Part shown: piece by piece, positions 45,635 through 54,524 of the stretch
Numbering within the stretch: the stretch's first letter is position 1
Layout of the letters: each line of letters begins with the position of its first letter
Assembly: GCA_964226865.1 (NCBI GenBank)
Contig: CAXQUZ010000359.1
Location: forward strand, 1-62,999
From: Myxococcota bacterium
Lineage (GTDB): Bacteria > Myxococcota_A > UBA796 > UBA2385
Direction of reading: 5' to 3'
DNA: 62,999 nt
Program-made: the position numbers and the translations under genes
Notes under the pieces: model-generated
What the model saw: only the letters and a program-made list of their open reading frames with translations
Told to the model about the DNA's origin: nothing
Database searches by the model: none

Positions 45635-46081
45635 ATGCGCTGGACCCTCGAGACGACCATCGACATCGCCGCCCCGCCCGACCGGGTCTGGGACATCCTC
45701 GTCGACCTCCCGCGCTACGGCGCGTGGAACCCCCTGGCGGCGCGCATGGAGGGCCCCCTCGAGGTGGGGGCCGTGCTCGACATGACCGTGCGGCTCGGGC
45801 GCCACACCCGCCGCCAGCCCGCCGATGTCTTCGCCGTCGGCCCGGGCCACCTGCTCATCTGGAGCGGCCACTCCCTCAAGGGGCTGGCCGTGCGCGGGGT
45901 GCGCAGCCAGTGGCTCACCCCCACCCCCGGGGGCTGCCGCTACACGAGCCGCGAGGTCTTCACGGGGCCCCTGGCCGGGCTGACCCGGCGGCTGCTGCGG
46001 TCGACCCTCGACGCGGGCCTCCAGGAGATGGCCGTGGCCCTGCGGGATCGGGCCGAGGCCGGGGCGCGGGCGGCCGCCTGA
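45635..46081 (+). CDS. SRPBCC (START/polyketide-cyclase-like) ligand-binding protein
   Basis: Trimmed to the ATG at 45635. IDIAAPPDRVWDILVDLPRYGAWNP is a typical SRPBCC N-terminus. Confidence 0.8.
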   Translation: MRWTLETTIDIAAPPDRVWDILVDLPRYGAWNPLAARMEGPLEVGAVLDMTVRLGRHTRRQPADVFAVGPGHLLIWSGHSLKGLAVRGVRSQWLTPTPGGCRYTSREVFTGPLAGLTRRLLRSTLDAGLQEMAVALRDRAEAGARAAA

Positions 46082-46206
46082 GCCCGGGACCGCCGGGAGG
46101 CCCGATCGCCGGATCGCCCTCAGGGCACGGGGCCCCGGGCCGATGGTCCCGACGGGCGCGGTCGGCCGGATCGCCGCGGCGGCGCCCCGCTTGTGGGAGG
46201 TCTGCT

Positions 46207-48324
46207 GTGGTTGCTCTGGGATCCGGGTCTGCTGCCCGCCGCGTGCGCCGGCTCCGCGCCCCCGAGAGCCGGGGGCTGGTGATCTTCTGCCACGGGCTCG
46301 GGCTCCACGCCGACAAGTTCACCCCGCTCTACGGGCTCGTGAACCGCCTCGGCCACGACGTGGTCACCTTCGACGCCCCGGGCCACGGGGACGCGGAGGG
46401 CTTCGTGCTCGACAGCGCGACGGTGGACCAGGCGGCGGCGGCGGCCATCTCGGTCTACGCCCGCCACGCCCACGAGCGCCCCGTGCTGCTGGGGACGGGC
46501 TGCTTCGGGGGCTTCTTGATGCGGCGCATCATCGCGGCCGCCCGGGGCAGCGACTGGGTGCCGCCGGCCATCTTCTACTCGGTCGACTACATCCGGCTGC
46601 CGGCGCCCCTGCTGAGGGGGCTCCAGCATGACCGGGTGCTGCGCCTCCTCGACCGCTTCCGGCCCGGCTATGACCACCGCCGCCTGACCCACGCCTCGGT
46701 CGACGACGCGGACTTCATCGCGGGCGACCCGGCCGCCTGGACCCGCTTCCCCCTGGGCATGGGCCTCAAGCTCGCCCACGAGACCAACGCCTTCTACGAC
46801 GGGTTGGGGGACGACGAGCCGCCCCACGCCTTCATCGTGGGCAGCGACGACCGCCTCTCCCACCTGCCGCCCGTGCGCCGGGCGGGCCGGCGCCAGCCCG
46901 ACTTCCGGGTGTGGGAGGTCGCTGGCGGCCACATGCACCTGCACCGCGACCGTCCCGAGGTCCAGGCCCGCTTCGAGACCGCCCTGGCCGAGGCCCTCGC
47001 CTTCGTGACCACACGGGCGGGCGCCCGGGGGCTGCCGGACGGGCTGCCCGCGGCCTCCCTGCCGGCGCCACCCGAGGTCGCCCCGGCCGGTCCCCGGGGC
47101 CAGGCCCGGCTGCTCCGCCAGCTCATGGTCGATCCCGTCGGCCTCGTCGAGGAGCTCCAGGCCCGCCACGGCTCCCTCTTCACCGTGCGCATCCCCTTCG
47201 ACATCACCCCGCCCTTCACCTTTCTCACGACCCGCGAGGGCTACGCCAGCGTGCTGGGCCTCGACCCCGCGGTCGGCCGCAACGGCCCGGTCATCGACCG
47301 GGTGCCCGCCCTGGCCCACTGGACCCCCCGGAGCGACCCGAGCCCCGAGCACCTCCAGGAGCTGCTGCTCACGGGCCGGCGCCACATCGGGCGGCTGCTC
47401 CGGGGCCTGCCCTCGGCCACCATCGACGCGCGGCTGCGGGCGCGGGTCGCCCACCACGTGGCCCAGTGGCCCGCCACCCTCGACCTCGCCGACCGTCTGG
47501 TCACCCTCATCCACGACAGCTGCGCCCGCCTCGTGCTCGGCGATGCGCTCGTGGATGCCCTCGGGCCCGGCATGCTGGACGAGGTGCGCACGGTGGTCAA
47601 CGCCGTCGACGCGGCCCGGGCCGTGACCGCGCTGACCCCCGCCGGGCGGCTGCTGCCCGAGGCCCGGGCCGCCGCGGCCCTCGCCCGTCGGCTGCGGCGG
47701 GCCGCGCGGGACCCCCAGCTCCAGGCCACGCCCACCCTCGCCGGCCTGCGGGCGGAGCACCCCTCGCTGCCCGAGGACGACCTCGTCTGGATGCTCTTCT
47801 TCGCCCTCTGGAACGCCACCATCTACATGGGCACCTACGGCACCTGGTCCTTTCTCGACCTGCTCGCCCAGCCCGGCGCCGTGGCCGCCCTCGACGCCGC
47901 CCCCGACCGCCGGGCCCATCTCGTCGGGGGCATCCTCGAGACCATGCGCCTCAACCCCATCTCGTGGCAGCTGCGCGCCCTGGCCCGCCCCGTCGAGGTG
48001 ACCAGCGGCGGCCGCGCCCACCGGGTGCCCGCGGGCCACTTCCTCACGGTCTTCTCCCACGGCCTGAACCGCGACCCCGCCGTCTATCCCGCGCCCCTGC
48101 GCTGGGATCCCGGCCGCTACGCCGCGGGGGCGCCCCTGCCCCTGCTCTTCGGCACGGGCCCCTTCGCCTGCGTGGCCCAGTTCTTCGTGAAGCAGGTGCT
48201 GGCGACCATCCACGACACCCTGCTGGGCACGGTCTCGCTGCGCCTGGAGGGGCCCCTGCCGCCCCGGATGAGCCGGGTCCACCTGCTCTACCCGAGCGTG
48301 CCGGTGGTCGCGACGCGGGGCTGA
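46207..48324 (+). CDS. Fusion: alpha/beta-hydrolase (lysophospholipase/monoacylglycerol-lipase-like) + atypical cytochrome-P450-like domain
   Basis: GTG at 46207 with GGGAGG 6 nt upstream. The N-terminal ~270 aa carry GLVIFCHGLGLHADKF...FDAPGHGDAEG. The C-terminal ~430 aa carry ExxR (ILETMRLNP) and a Cys loop FGTGPFACVAQFF. The I-helix AGxxT consensus is absent (FFALWNATIY). Confidence 0.8.
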   Translation: MVALGSGSAARRVRRLRAPESRGLVIFCHGLGLHADKFTPLYGLVNRLGHDVVTFDAPGHGDAEGFVLDSATVDQAAAAAISVYARHAHERPVLLGTGCFGGFLMRRIIAAARGSDWVPPAIFYSVDYIRLPAPLLRGLQHDRVLRLLDRFRPGYDHRRLTHASVDDADFIAGDPAAWTRFPLGMGLKLAHETNAFYDGLGDDEPPHAFIVGSDDRLSHLPPVRRAGRRQPDFRVWEVAGGHMHLHRDRPEVQARFETALAEALAFVTTRAGARGLPDGLPAASLPAPPEVAPAGPRGQARLLRQLMVDPVGLVEELQARHGSLFTVRIPFDITPPFTFLTTREGYASVLGLDPAVGRNGPVIDRVPALAHWTPRSDPSPEHLQELLLTGRRHIGRLLRGLPSATIDARLRARVAHHVAQWPATLDLADRLVTLIHDSCARLVLGDALVDALGPGMLDEVRTVVNAVDAARAVTALTPAGRLLPEARAAAALARRLRRAARDPQLQATPTLAGLRAEHPSLPEDDLVWMLFFALWNATIYMGTYGTWSFLDLLAQPGAVAALDAAPDRRAHLVGGILETMRLNPISWQLRALARPVEVTSGGRAHRVPAGHFLTVFSHGLNRDPAVYPAPLRWDPGRYAAGAPLPLLFGTGPFACVAQFFVKQVLATIHDTLLGTVSLRLEGPLPPRMSRVHLLYPSVPVVATRG

Positions 48325-48342
48325 GGGGGAGCCCCCGGAGGC

Positions 48343-49413
48343 TCAGGTGTGGCGGGCCCCTGCGGCGCCGTAGTGGAGGGGCCGCACACCGGGAATGACC
48401 GCCTCCGGATCGATGCCCACGTGCGCGAGCAGGCCGGCGCCCACGCTCTCCACCCCCACCAGCTCGGTGCCTTCGACCACCTCGCCCGAGCGCGGGTCCC
48501 AGGCCAGCGCGGCGCCCCGGGCGTCGGTCGCGCCCAGCACCCGTCCGCCGTCCACGCCCGCGCCGGCGACGAGCACCGAGTGGGTGCGGCCGTGGTCTCG
48601 GCCGTGCTTGTGGTTGCGGCGGACGGCGCGGGCCACGTCGCCGACGACGGCCACCGTGACGGTGTGGAGCAGGGGCATGCCGTCGGGGCCGGGGGTGGTG
48701 GAGAGGTGGTCGAGCAGGCGGTCGAGGGCCCAGAACAGGCCGTCGGCGTCGGCGTCGGCGGTGGCCAGGCTGTCGTGGGCGTCCCAGCCACCGGGCACCT
48801 CCACCCGCGCTGCGGCCACGGCGCCCGCGGCCAGCTCTTCGGCCGCCAGCAGCGCGCGCAGCAGCAGGCCGTCCCGATCGGTGCGGCCCGGGTCGAGCCG
48901 GTCGGGGGAGGCCTCGCCGGAGCCCTCGGGCCACGGGGAGCTGCTGTAGACGCGGAAGGGGGCGCCGGCCTGCGCGGCCACGTGGGCGAGCAGCTCCGGG
49001 GCACCGGGGGCCGCCGTGCCGGCGAGCATGGCCTGGCGGGCGCCGGGGTGGTCGAGTCGATCCGACCACAGGCCGCGGAGGAGCAGGGTGTGCGCCGACC
49101 AGCGGCGGAAGTAGCGGTCCAGCGCGGGGCGGCCCGGCCCGCCCGACCAGGACAGGGCGCCGCAGGCGCGGTGGCAGGTGCCGGGGTCGGCGGGGACGCC
49201 GGGCAGCGGGGTGTGGCCGTCGGGCCCGAAGTGGGGGTCGAGCAGGGTGGGCACGAAGCCGCCCCGGATCGACAGCACGAGCAGGCGCCGGTCAGCAGGG
49301 GGCGCGGCCCGGGCGACCGGTGGCCGTGCGGCGCCCACGACGGAGGCGGCCGCGGCGGACTGGAGCAGCCGGCGGCGAGAGACGGCCAGCGGACGGCCGG
49401 TGGCGCGGCTCAC
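48343..49413 (-). CDS. DUF1501-family (sulfatase/phosphatase-superfamily-like) protein with Tat signal
   Basis: The GTG at 49413 overlaps the upstream stop (GTGA). The Tat-like signal is SRRRLLQSAAAASVVGA. The motifs GGWDAH and GRDHG match my recollection of DUF1501. Confidence 0.8.
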   Translation of the reverse strand: MSRATGRPLAVSRRRLLQSAAAASVVGAARPPVARAAPPADRRLLVLSIRGGFVPTLLDPHFGPDGHTPLPGVPADPGTCHRACGALSWSGGPGRPALDRYFRRWSAHTLLLRGLWSDRLDHPGARQAMLAGTAAPGAPELLAHVAAQAGAPFRVYSSSPWPEGSGEASPDRLDPGRTDRDGLLLRALLAAEELAAGAVAAARVEVPGGWDAHDSLATADADADGLFWALDRLLDHLSTTPGPDGMPLLHTVTVAVVGDVARAVRRNHKHGRDHGRTHSVLVAGAGVDGGRVLGATDARGAALAWDPRSGEVVEGTELVGVESVGAGLLAHVGIDPEAVIPGVRPLHYGAAGARHT

Positions 49414-52124
49414 TGGGCCACCATCACGGTCCACCGGTGCTCGGCGAGGGCGAAGGGGTTCTTCGCGCCCGTGGAGAGGTACTGGCCGAGGTAGTCGCCG
49501 TTGACGGTGTCGCGGAAGGCGAAGGTCGGGCCGCCGAGGCTCTCCCAGGCCACGGGCGCGGCCTCCTCGGGGCGATCCACCACCACCCAGGCCCCCTGGT
49601 TGGCGCCGAGCCACTTCCCGGTGCCGCTCTCGCGGAAGTAGGTGGCGTTGGCGGCGGCGCCGGTGCCGCGCACGGGGGTGCGGTCGGGCACCCACCATGT
49701 GGGGCCGGGGTCGAAGCGGGGGTGGTCCATGTCGTCGGCGAAGTCGAACTCGGCGCGACTGGAGAGGTAGGCCTGGGTCTCCTGGTTGACCAGGGCCAGC
49801 ACCGGCGGGAGGGCGGGCGGGTCGCTCGTGGGGGTGACCGGCACGAGGACGGGCACGGGCTTGGCGATCCAGGCGTGGTCGTCGCCGAGCACGGGGGGAA
49901 AGAAGACCTCGCGGCCCACCTTGGCCGGACCGGGGGTGTCGGGCACGCGCAGCCACAGGTTCTGCATGTCTTGGAAGGCGAGACGCCCGTCGGGCAGGGT
50001 GATCATCCGCAAGAACGCGAGCTTCGGGGCCGCGGCTGCCACCCCCGGGGTGGCCGAGTCGGCGGCCCCCGGCAGCAGCCACTGCTCCCGATCGAGCGCC
50101 CGGATGAGCGTCATGGACGAGCCGGTGAAGTCGTCCTTCCGCCACACGGCCGCCTGGCGGAGGTCGCTCGTCGTCGACAGGCCGGTCGCCGGCGCGGCTG
50201 CCCAGGACAGGTACTGGCCGGTCTTGGGGGCATACAGCGCGAAGGTGTCGGGCAGGCGGACCTCGGCGGCCACCTGGCGCTCGTACACCCGGTGGCGCAT
50301 CACGAGGTTTCGCAGGGCGAGGTCGGTGTCGGGGAGCCGGCCGGCGTGGACCTCGACGGCGGCGAGGGTCCACTCCCCCGCCCGGGCCTGGAGGTCGAGG
50401 GCCCCGCCCCGGACGTCGGTCCGCGCCAGTGCGGCGACGTCACCGGCGGGGAGGGGGACGACGCTGTCGGCCGCGCCCGCGCCGGCCCGCACCCCCAGCA
50501 GCGCCTGCTCCCGGTCCACCCAGATGGCGACGAGCTGCATGGTGTGGTCGACCTTGGTCACGGGCTGGAGCGGCGTGGGGCCCATCCTCTCGGTGTAGAC
50601 CGAGAAGCAGTGCTCGCGGCCCTCGGCGCCCGCCCGGCTCTCCAGGTTGAGCGTGAGGAAGAAGGCCCCCCGTGCCCCCAGCATGAGCTGGAAGACCTTG
50701 CTCCTCGAGCCGCCGCCGACCGGGGCCTCGGGCTCGACCCGCACCCACACGAGCACCGTGATGCCCTCGGCGGGGGGCGGCACGTCGGGCAGGAAGCGGC
50801 GGTAGGCCCCGTCCACGAGGCCGCTGGCGTCGCGCCTGGCCGCCACGGGGCCGTCGGGCTGGAGGGCCTTGTCCTTGCGGCGGGCGTCGTGGAACCAGCC
50901 CAGCGGCAGCATCGCCTCGGACTTGGGGGCCTGCAGGTCGACCGCGGCCCGCACCCCGCCCGCCGAGCCCCACACCTGCAGCTCGGGCCAGTCGTAGAGG
51001 CTGAACTCCTGGGTGGTGAGCACCTGCTTGGACTCGGTGACCCCCGAGCCAGCGGCCGTTGTGAGCAGGCGGGACCAGTCGTGGGACGCGAAGATGAGCT
51101 GGCCCGAGTGGGCCTGGACCACGTGGAAGCGCTCATGCGGCAGCACGTCGGTGGGGCTGCCCGGTGTGAGCTGCCCTTGCTGGCCCACGCCGAGGTGGTG
51201 GAAGACGATGGCGTCGCCGTGGAAGTCGTTGCCGCGGTCGGTGATCTGGGAGATCGTGACCTGGCCCGTCTCGAGGGGGTCGATGCGCACATGCTGCCAC
51301 GCCCCCACCCACACCCCCGCGGCGTAGGTGTTGTCGTCGCGGAGGGCGTGGATGGCCGCAAAGCGGGGCAGCGAGCCCGCCACCGTGCGGGCCCGCAGCC
51401 GGCGGCGGTGGTCGAAGTCATCGTGCAGGCGCCCGAGCTCCTCGGCGGTGAGCGCGCGGTCGTAGATGCGCACCTCGGCCACGGTGAGCCCGCTGAGGTC
51501 GCCCGAGCCGGCGCTCTCGCCGAGGGGGCCGATCCACAGCTTCGTCTGGCCCGGCTCGAAGGCCCGGGTGGGGCGCGCGCCCGCCATGTCGTCCGTGGAG
51601 CGGGAGGGCCAGACCGGTCGGCGGCTGTGGGCGCCGTCGTAGTTCACGACGTAGAGCTGGTGGCCGCCCCACTGCTGTTCGGTCGCGTCGAGGTGGTGCT
51701 CGAGGCCGGTGGCGGCGTCCGGGTCGGCAGGCCGCAGGGTGGCGAGGCCGGCCCGGGTGCTCCGGAACTCGATGCCCTCGCCCCACGGCGCCTGGGGGGT
51801 GCCGCTGCGCCCGGCCTGGCGGCGGGCCTCGTCGTCGGCGTCGGTGTGCAGGGCCTCCAGCCAGAGGGGCGCGCCGAGGGCGCTGCGCTTGCCGCCGTCG
51901 TGGCGCACCCACACACACAGCGCGAAGGCGCTGAGGCGCGGCCCGGTGTAGCCCTCGGCCGACAGGGCGCCCCCCTCGCCGAAGGCCACGCCCCACGGGG
52001 TGAAGCGCAGCCGACCCTCGGCGCGGAGCCCCGCCCAGCGGCTCGCCTGGTCGCGGCCGGGGGCGGCGCTGGCGAGGTCGAAGTGGGCGACCAGTCCGCC
52101 CACCGGGTCCTTGGGGAGAATCAT
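49410..52124 (-). CDS. Large hypothetical protein: two LamG/concanavalin-like domains plus C-terminal repeat region; no signal peptide
   Basis: ATG at 52124, 7 nt after the upstream stop. LTVAEVRIYDRALTAEEL is a typical end of a LamG (Laminin_G_3) domain. A second LamG-like block spans ITVLVWVRV...LVAIWVD...LAAVEVHAGRL. The C-terminal ~300 aa carry recurring GxY/WL motifs that may indicate a beta-trefoil. Confidence 0.75.
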   Translation of the reverse strand: MILPKDPVGGLVAHFDLASAAPGRDQASRWAGLRAEGRLRFTPWGVAFGEGGALSAEGYTGPRLSAFALCVWVRHDGGKRSALGAPLWLEALHTDADDEARRQAGRSGTPQAPWGEGIEFRSTRAGLATLRPADPDAATGLEHHLDATEQQWGGHQLYVVNYDGAHSRRPVWPSRSTDDMAGARPTRAFEPGQTKLWIGPLGESAGSGDLSGLTVAEVRIYDRALTAEELGRLHDDFDHRRRLRARTVAGSLPRFAAIHALRDDNTYAAGVWVGAWQHVRIDPLETGQVTISQITDRGNDFHGDAIVFHHLGVGQQGQLTPGSPTDVLPHERFHVVQAHSGQLIFASHDWSRLLTTAAGSGVTESKQVLTTQEFSLYDWPELQVWGSAGGVRAAVDLQAPKSEAMLPLGWFHDARRKDKALQPDGPVAARRDASGLVDGAYRRFLPDVPPPAEGITVLVWVRVEPEAPVGGGSRSKVFQLMLGARGAFFLTLNLESRAGAEGREHCFSVYTERMGPTPLQPVTKVDHTMQLVAIWVDREQALLGVRAGAGAADSVVPLPAGDVAALARTDVRGGALDLQARAGEWTLAAVEVHAGRLPDTDLALRNLVMRHRVYERQVAAEVRLPDTFALYAPKTGQYLSWAAAPATGLSTTSDLRQAAVWRKDDFTGSSMTLIRALDREQWLLPGAADSATPGVAAAAPKLAFLRMITLPDGRLAFQDMQNLWLRVPDTPGPAKVGREVFFPPVLGDDHAWIAKPVPVLVPVTPTSDPPALPPVLALVNQETQAYLSSRAEFDFADDMDHPRFDPGPTWWVPDRTPVRGTGAAANATYFRESGTGKWLGANQGAWVVVDRPEEAAPVAWESLGGPTFAFRDTVNGDYLGQYLSTGAKNPFALAEHRWTVMVAQ

Positions 52125-52131
52125 GGGTGCC

Positions 52132-54357
52132 TCAGGCGGGGGCGTCGGAGATGGAGATCTCGATCGAGGTGAACACGCGGGTCACCTCGATGCCCACGGC
52201 CACCTTGTCGAAGGCGTCGAACACCCGGGTGAGCTTCGTGGCCAGCGGCGTCACCGCGGCGCCCACGCCGTCGGTCTCTGGTGCAGCGGCGGCGGCCTCA
52301 CCGGTCTCGACGACGGGGTCGTCGACGATCTGGACGATGTGGCTCCCCGAGGCCAGCACGCTCGACAGCAGCGTGGCGCTGGCGTCGGCATAGCCGGCAG
52401 CGAAGGCCTTGTCGGAGGTGGGCTCTGGCCCGCTGGCGTGCTTGAGGGTCTCCAGCGCGATGCAGACCACCTTCTCCATCGCGCTCAAGACGAGGTCGAT
52501 GAGGGAGAGGACAGCGGCGGCGAGCTTGCTGAGCTCCTTGACCTCTCGGGAGCTGGCCAGCGAGACCGCGAGGGCCCGCGGCAGGATGGACAGCTCGAAG
52601 CCCATCTGGGTGATCTCGAGCCCCGTGCGCGCGTCGGAGTAGCGGTTGGACAGGATGTCGGCCATGCGCAGGAAGCCCCGCACCGTGTAGGCGACCCCCA
52701 CGAGCACGCCCCCCACCGTGGTGATCGCCAGCAGCTCGAAGCCGGTGAGCACGAGGCCCACGAGCTCGACGAAGGACAGCACGATGCCGAGGGCGAACTG
52801 GGACACCGCCGAGAGCTGGGAGAGGGTCGGGGCGCCGCTGGCGGGCTGGCCGTCCCGGGCGAACAGCCGCTGGATCGAGCCGTCGTCGACCGTGTCCGTC
52901 ATGACCTCTTCGAAGAAGTGGACCACCGCGGCCGGCTCGGGGAGGTCCGGCAGGCTGTGGATCCAGCTCTCCAGCTCGCTGTTCCGGGGGTCGAGGTTGC
53001 GGCCCGCCATCACCCGGTACGAGACGTGGATGAAGTAGGCGACCGAGACGGTGAGGGCCTCCTGGAGGCTCAGGTGGCGGGCCTTGCCCGTCATCGTGAG
53101 GGTGACGAGGCTGTAGAGCTCAGAGACCCCGGGCACGTAGACCTCGGCCTGGAAGGCGCCGCGGAGCGTGTCGACGAGGGTGTGGGCCAGCGACCGGGCG
53201 GAGGCAACGACCCAGGTCTCGAGCCAGTCGCCGAGCTCGGCCATGGCGTCGGTCATCGTGTCGTAGAGGTCGCCCAGGTCGAGGGCCAGCGGGTTGCTGC
53301 CGAGCACGCCGAAGACCATGCCCAGGATGGGGTCGAGGATGGCGAGGAGCTCTTTGAGTGCACGGGTGTCGAGCCCGAAGCCCCGCAGCTCGGCCAGCAG
53401 CTCGGCCTCGAGGTCGGCGAAGAGGCGCTCGGCCTGGTCCAGCACCTGGTGGAGCAGCTGCATGGCCTGGTTGTCGCCGTGCAGGGGGCCGAGGGCGGTC
53501 TCGGCGTTGGCGAGCGCCTCGTCGAGCACGGGCTGGAAGCCCACCACCATGGCCCGCACGCCCCGCAGCTTGGGGTTGTCGCGGCCCTCCTTGAGCACGG
53601 CTGGCGCGAGCCCGAGCATCAGGTCGATGCCGCGCTTGAGCTGTCGCCAGCCGTAGTCGACCAGGCTGTCGAGGATGGCCTTGATCTCGAGCGCCTTCTT
53701 GAGGTTGGCGAGGTCCTTGAAGAAGTTGAGGAAGGCCTCGGCGAGCTCCTTGAGCTCCTCGACGAAGGCCTCGCAGGCGGCGCGGATCTCCTCGAGGGCC
53801 GACGCGAGGGTGTGGCCCAGGCTGTCGAGCTCGTCGGCCAGGGAGTCGACGGCCGACTCGCCCACCTCCTCGATCCACTCGGCGGCGGTCTTCACGGCCT
53901 GGGCGGCCTGGACGGCGGCGTCTTCGATGCCCTCGCCGATGGAGGTGGCGGCGTCGACCACCGCGCCGCCCACCACGGCCGCGCCGTCGGCCACCGCAGC
54001 CAGCCCGACCCGCGCGCACTCCTCGGCCTCGTGGTAGGCATCGTCGACCGCGTTGCCGAGGTCTTGGAAGGCGTGGCCCACCGGGTCGATGACCTGGTTC
54101 TCGATGCCGTCCACCACCTGGTTGCCGAAGTCTTCGAAGGCGTGGAGGCTGGTGTTGGCGGCCATGGTGACGCCGTCGGCGACGGCCTCGGCGGCGTCCT
54201 CGATGCCCTCCCCGACGGCGACGGCGGCGTCCTTGATGCCCTCGCCGGTCGCGATCGCGGCATCCTCGAGGGTGTGCCCGACGTCGTTGAAGCCCTGCTT
54301 GACGTCGTTGTCGTGCACGGCACCGAAGGTGAATGTGCCGCAGAAGTCGAAGCTCAT
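52132..54357 (-). CDS. 741-aa acidic, predominantly helical hypothetical protein with one internal hydrophobic hairpin; no signal peptide
   Basis: ATG at 54357, trimmed from ORF 52132..54471. N-terminal degenerate repeats are present (GEGIKDAAVAV / GEGIEDAAEAV / GEGIEDAAVQA; AFEDFGNQV / AFQDLGNAV). There is a single ~45-aa hydrophobic stretch, FALGIVLSFVELVGLVLTGFELLAITTVGGVLVGVAY. Arg/Pro content is low compared with off-frame ORFs. Confidence 0.75.
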   Translation of the reverse strand: MSFDFCGTFTFGAVHDNDVKQGFNDVGHTLEDAAIATGEGIKDAAVAVGEGIEDAAEAVADGVTMAANTSLHAFEDFGNQVVDGIENQVIDPVGHAFQDLGNAVDDAYHEAEECARVGLAAVADGAAVVGGAVVDAATSIGEGIEDAAVQAAQAVKTAAEWIEEVGESAVDSLADELDSLGHTLASALEEIRAACEAFVEELKELAEAFLNFFKDLANLKKALEIKAILDSLVDYGWRQLKRGIDLMLGLAPAVLKEGRDNPKLRGVRAMVVGFQPVLDEALANAETALGPLHGDNQAMQLLHQVLDQAERLFADLEAELLAELRGFGLDTRALKELLAILDPILGMVFGVLGSNPLALDLGDLYDTMTDAMAELGDWLETWVVASARSLAHTLVDTLRGAFQAEVYVPGVSELYSLVTLTMTGKARHLSLQEALTVSVAYFIHVSYRVMAGRNLDPRNSELESWIHSLPDLPEPAAVVHFFEEVMTDTVDDGSIQRLFARDGQPASGAPTLSQLSAVSQFALGIVLSFVELVGLVLTGFELLAITTVGGVLVGVAYTVRGFLRMADILSNRYSDARTGLEITQMGFELSILPRALAVSLASSREVKELSKLAAAVLSLIDLVLSAMEKVVCIALETLKHASGPEPTSDKAFAAGYADASATLLSSVLASGSHIVQIVDDPVVETGEAAAAAPETDGVGAAVTPLATKLTRVFDAFDKVAVGIEVTRVFTSIEISISDAPA

Positions 54358-54392
54358 GGTCGCCCTTCCCGGGGGGCTGGCAGGGCGCCCAC

Positions 54393-54408
54393 CGCGAGCG
54401 CGGTGCCA
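54393..54408 (-). promoter_or_regulatory. Candidate sigma-54 (-24/-12) promoter for the 54357->48343 operon
   Basis: The minus strand reads TGGCAC-CGCGC-TCGCG. The -24 element is perfect and the GG-N10-GC spacing is correct, but the -12 element is TCGC versus consensus TTGC. It lies about 35 nt upstream of the ATG at 54357. Confidence 0.35.
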
Positions 54409-54524
54409 GTTTGGTTTGGGAGCGGCGGTGCGCGCAAGCCCCGGTGCATGCGCTGCGCTCCGTGCGCCCAACGCCCCCGGGTCCCGTGTCAGAATGGGCT
54501 GCCCCTTGGTCTGGGTGGAGCCCC

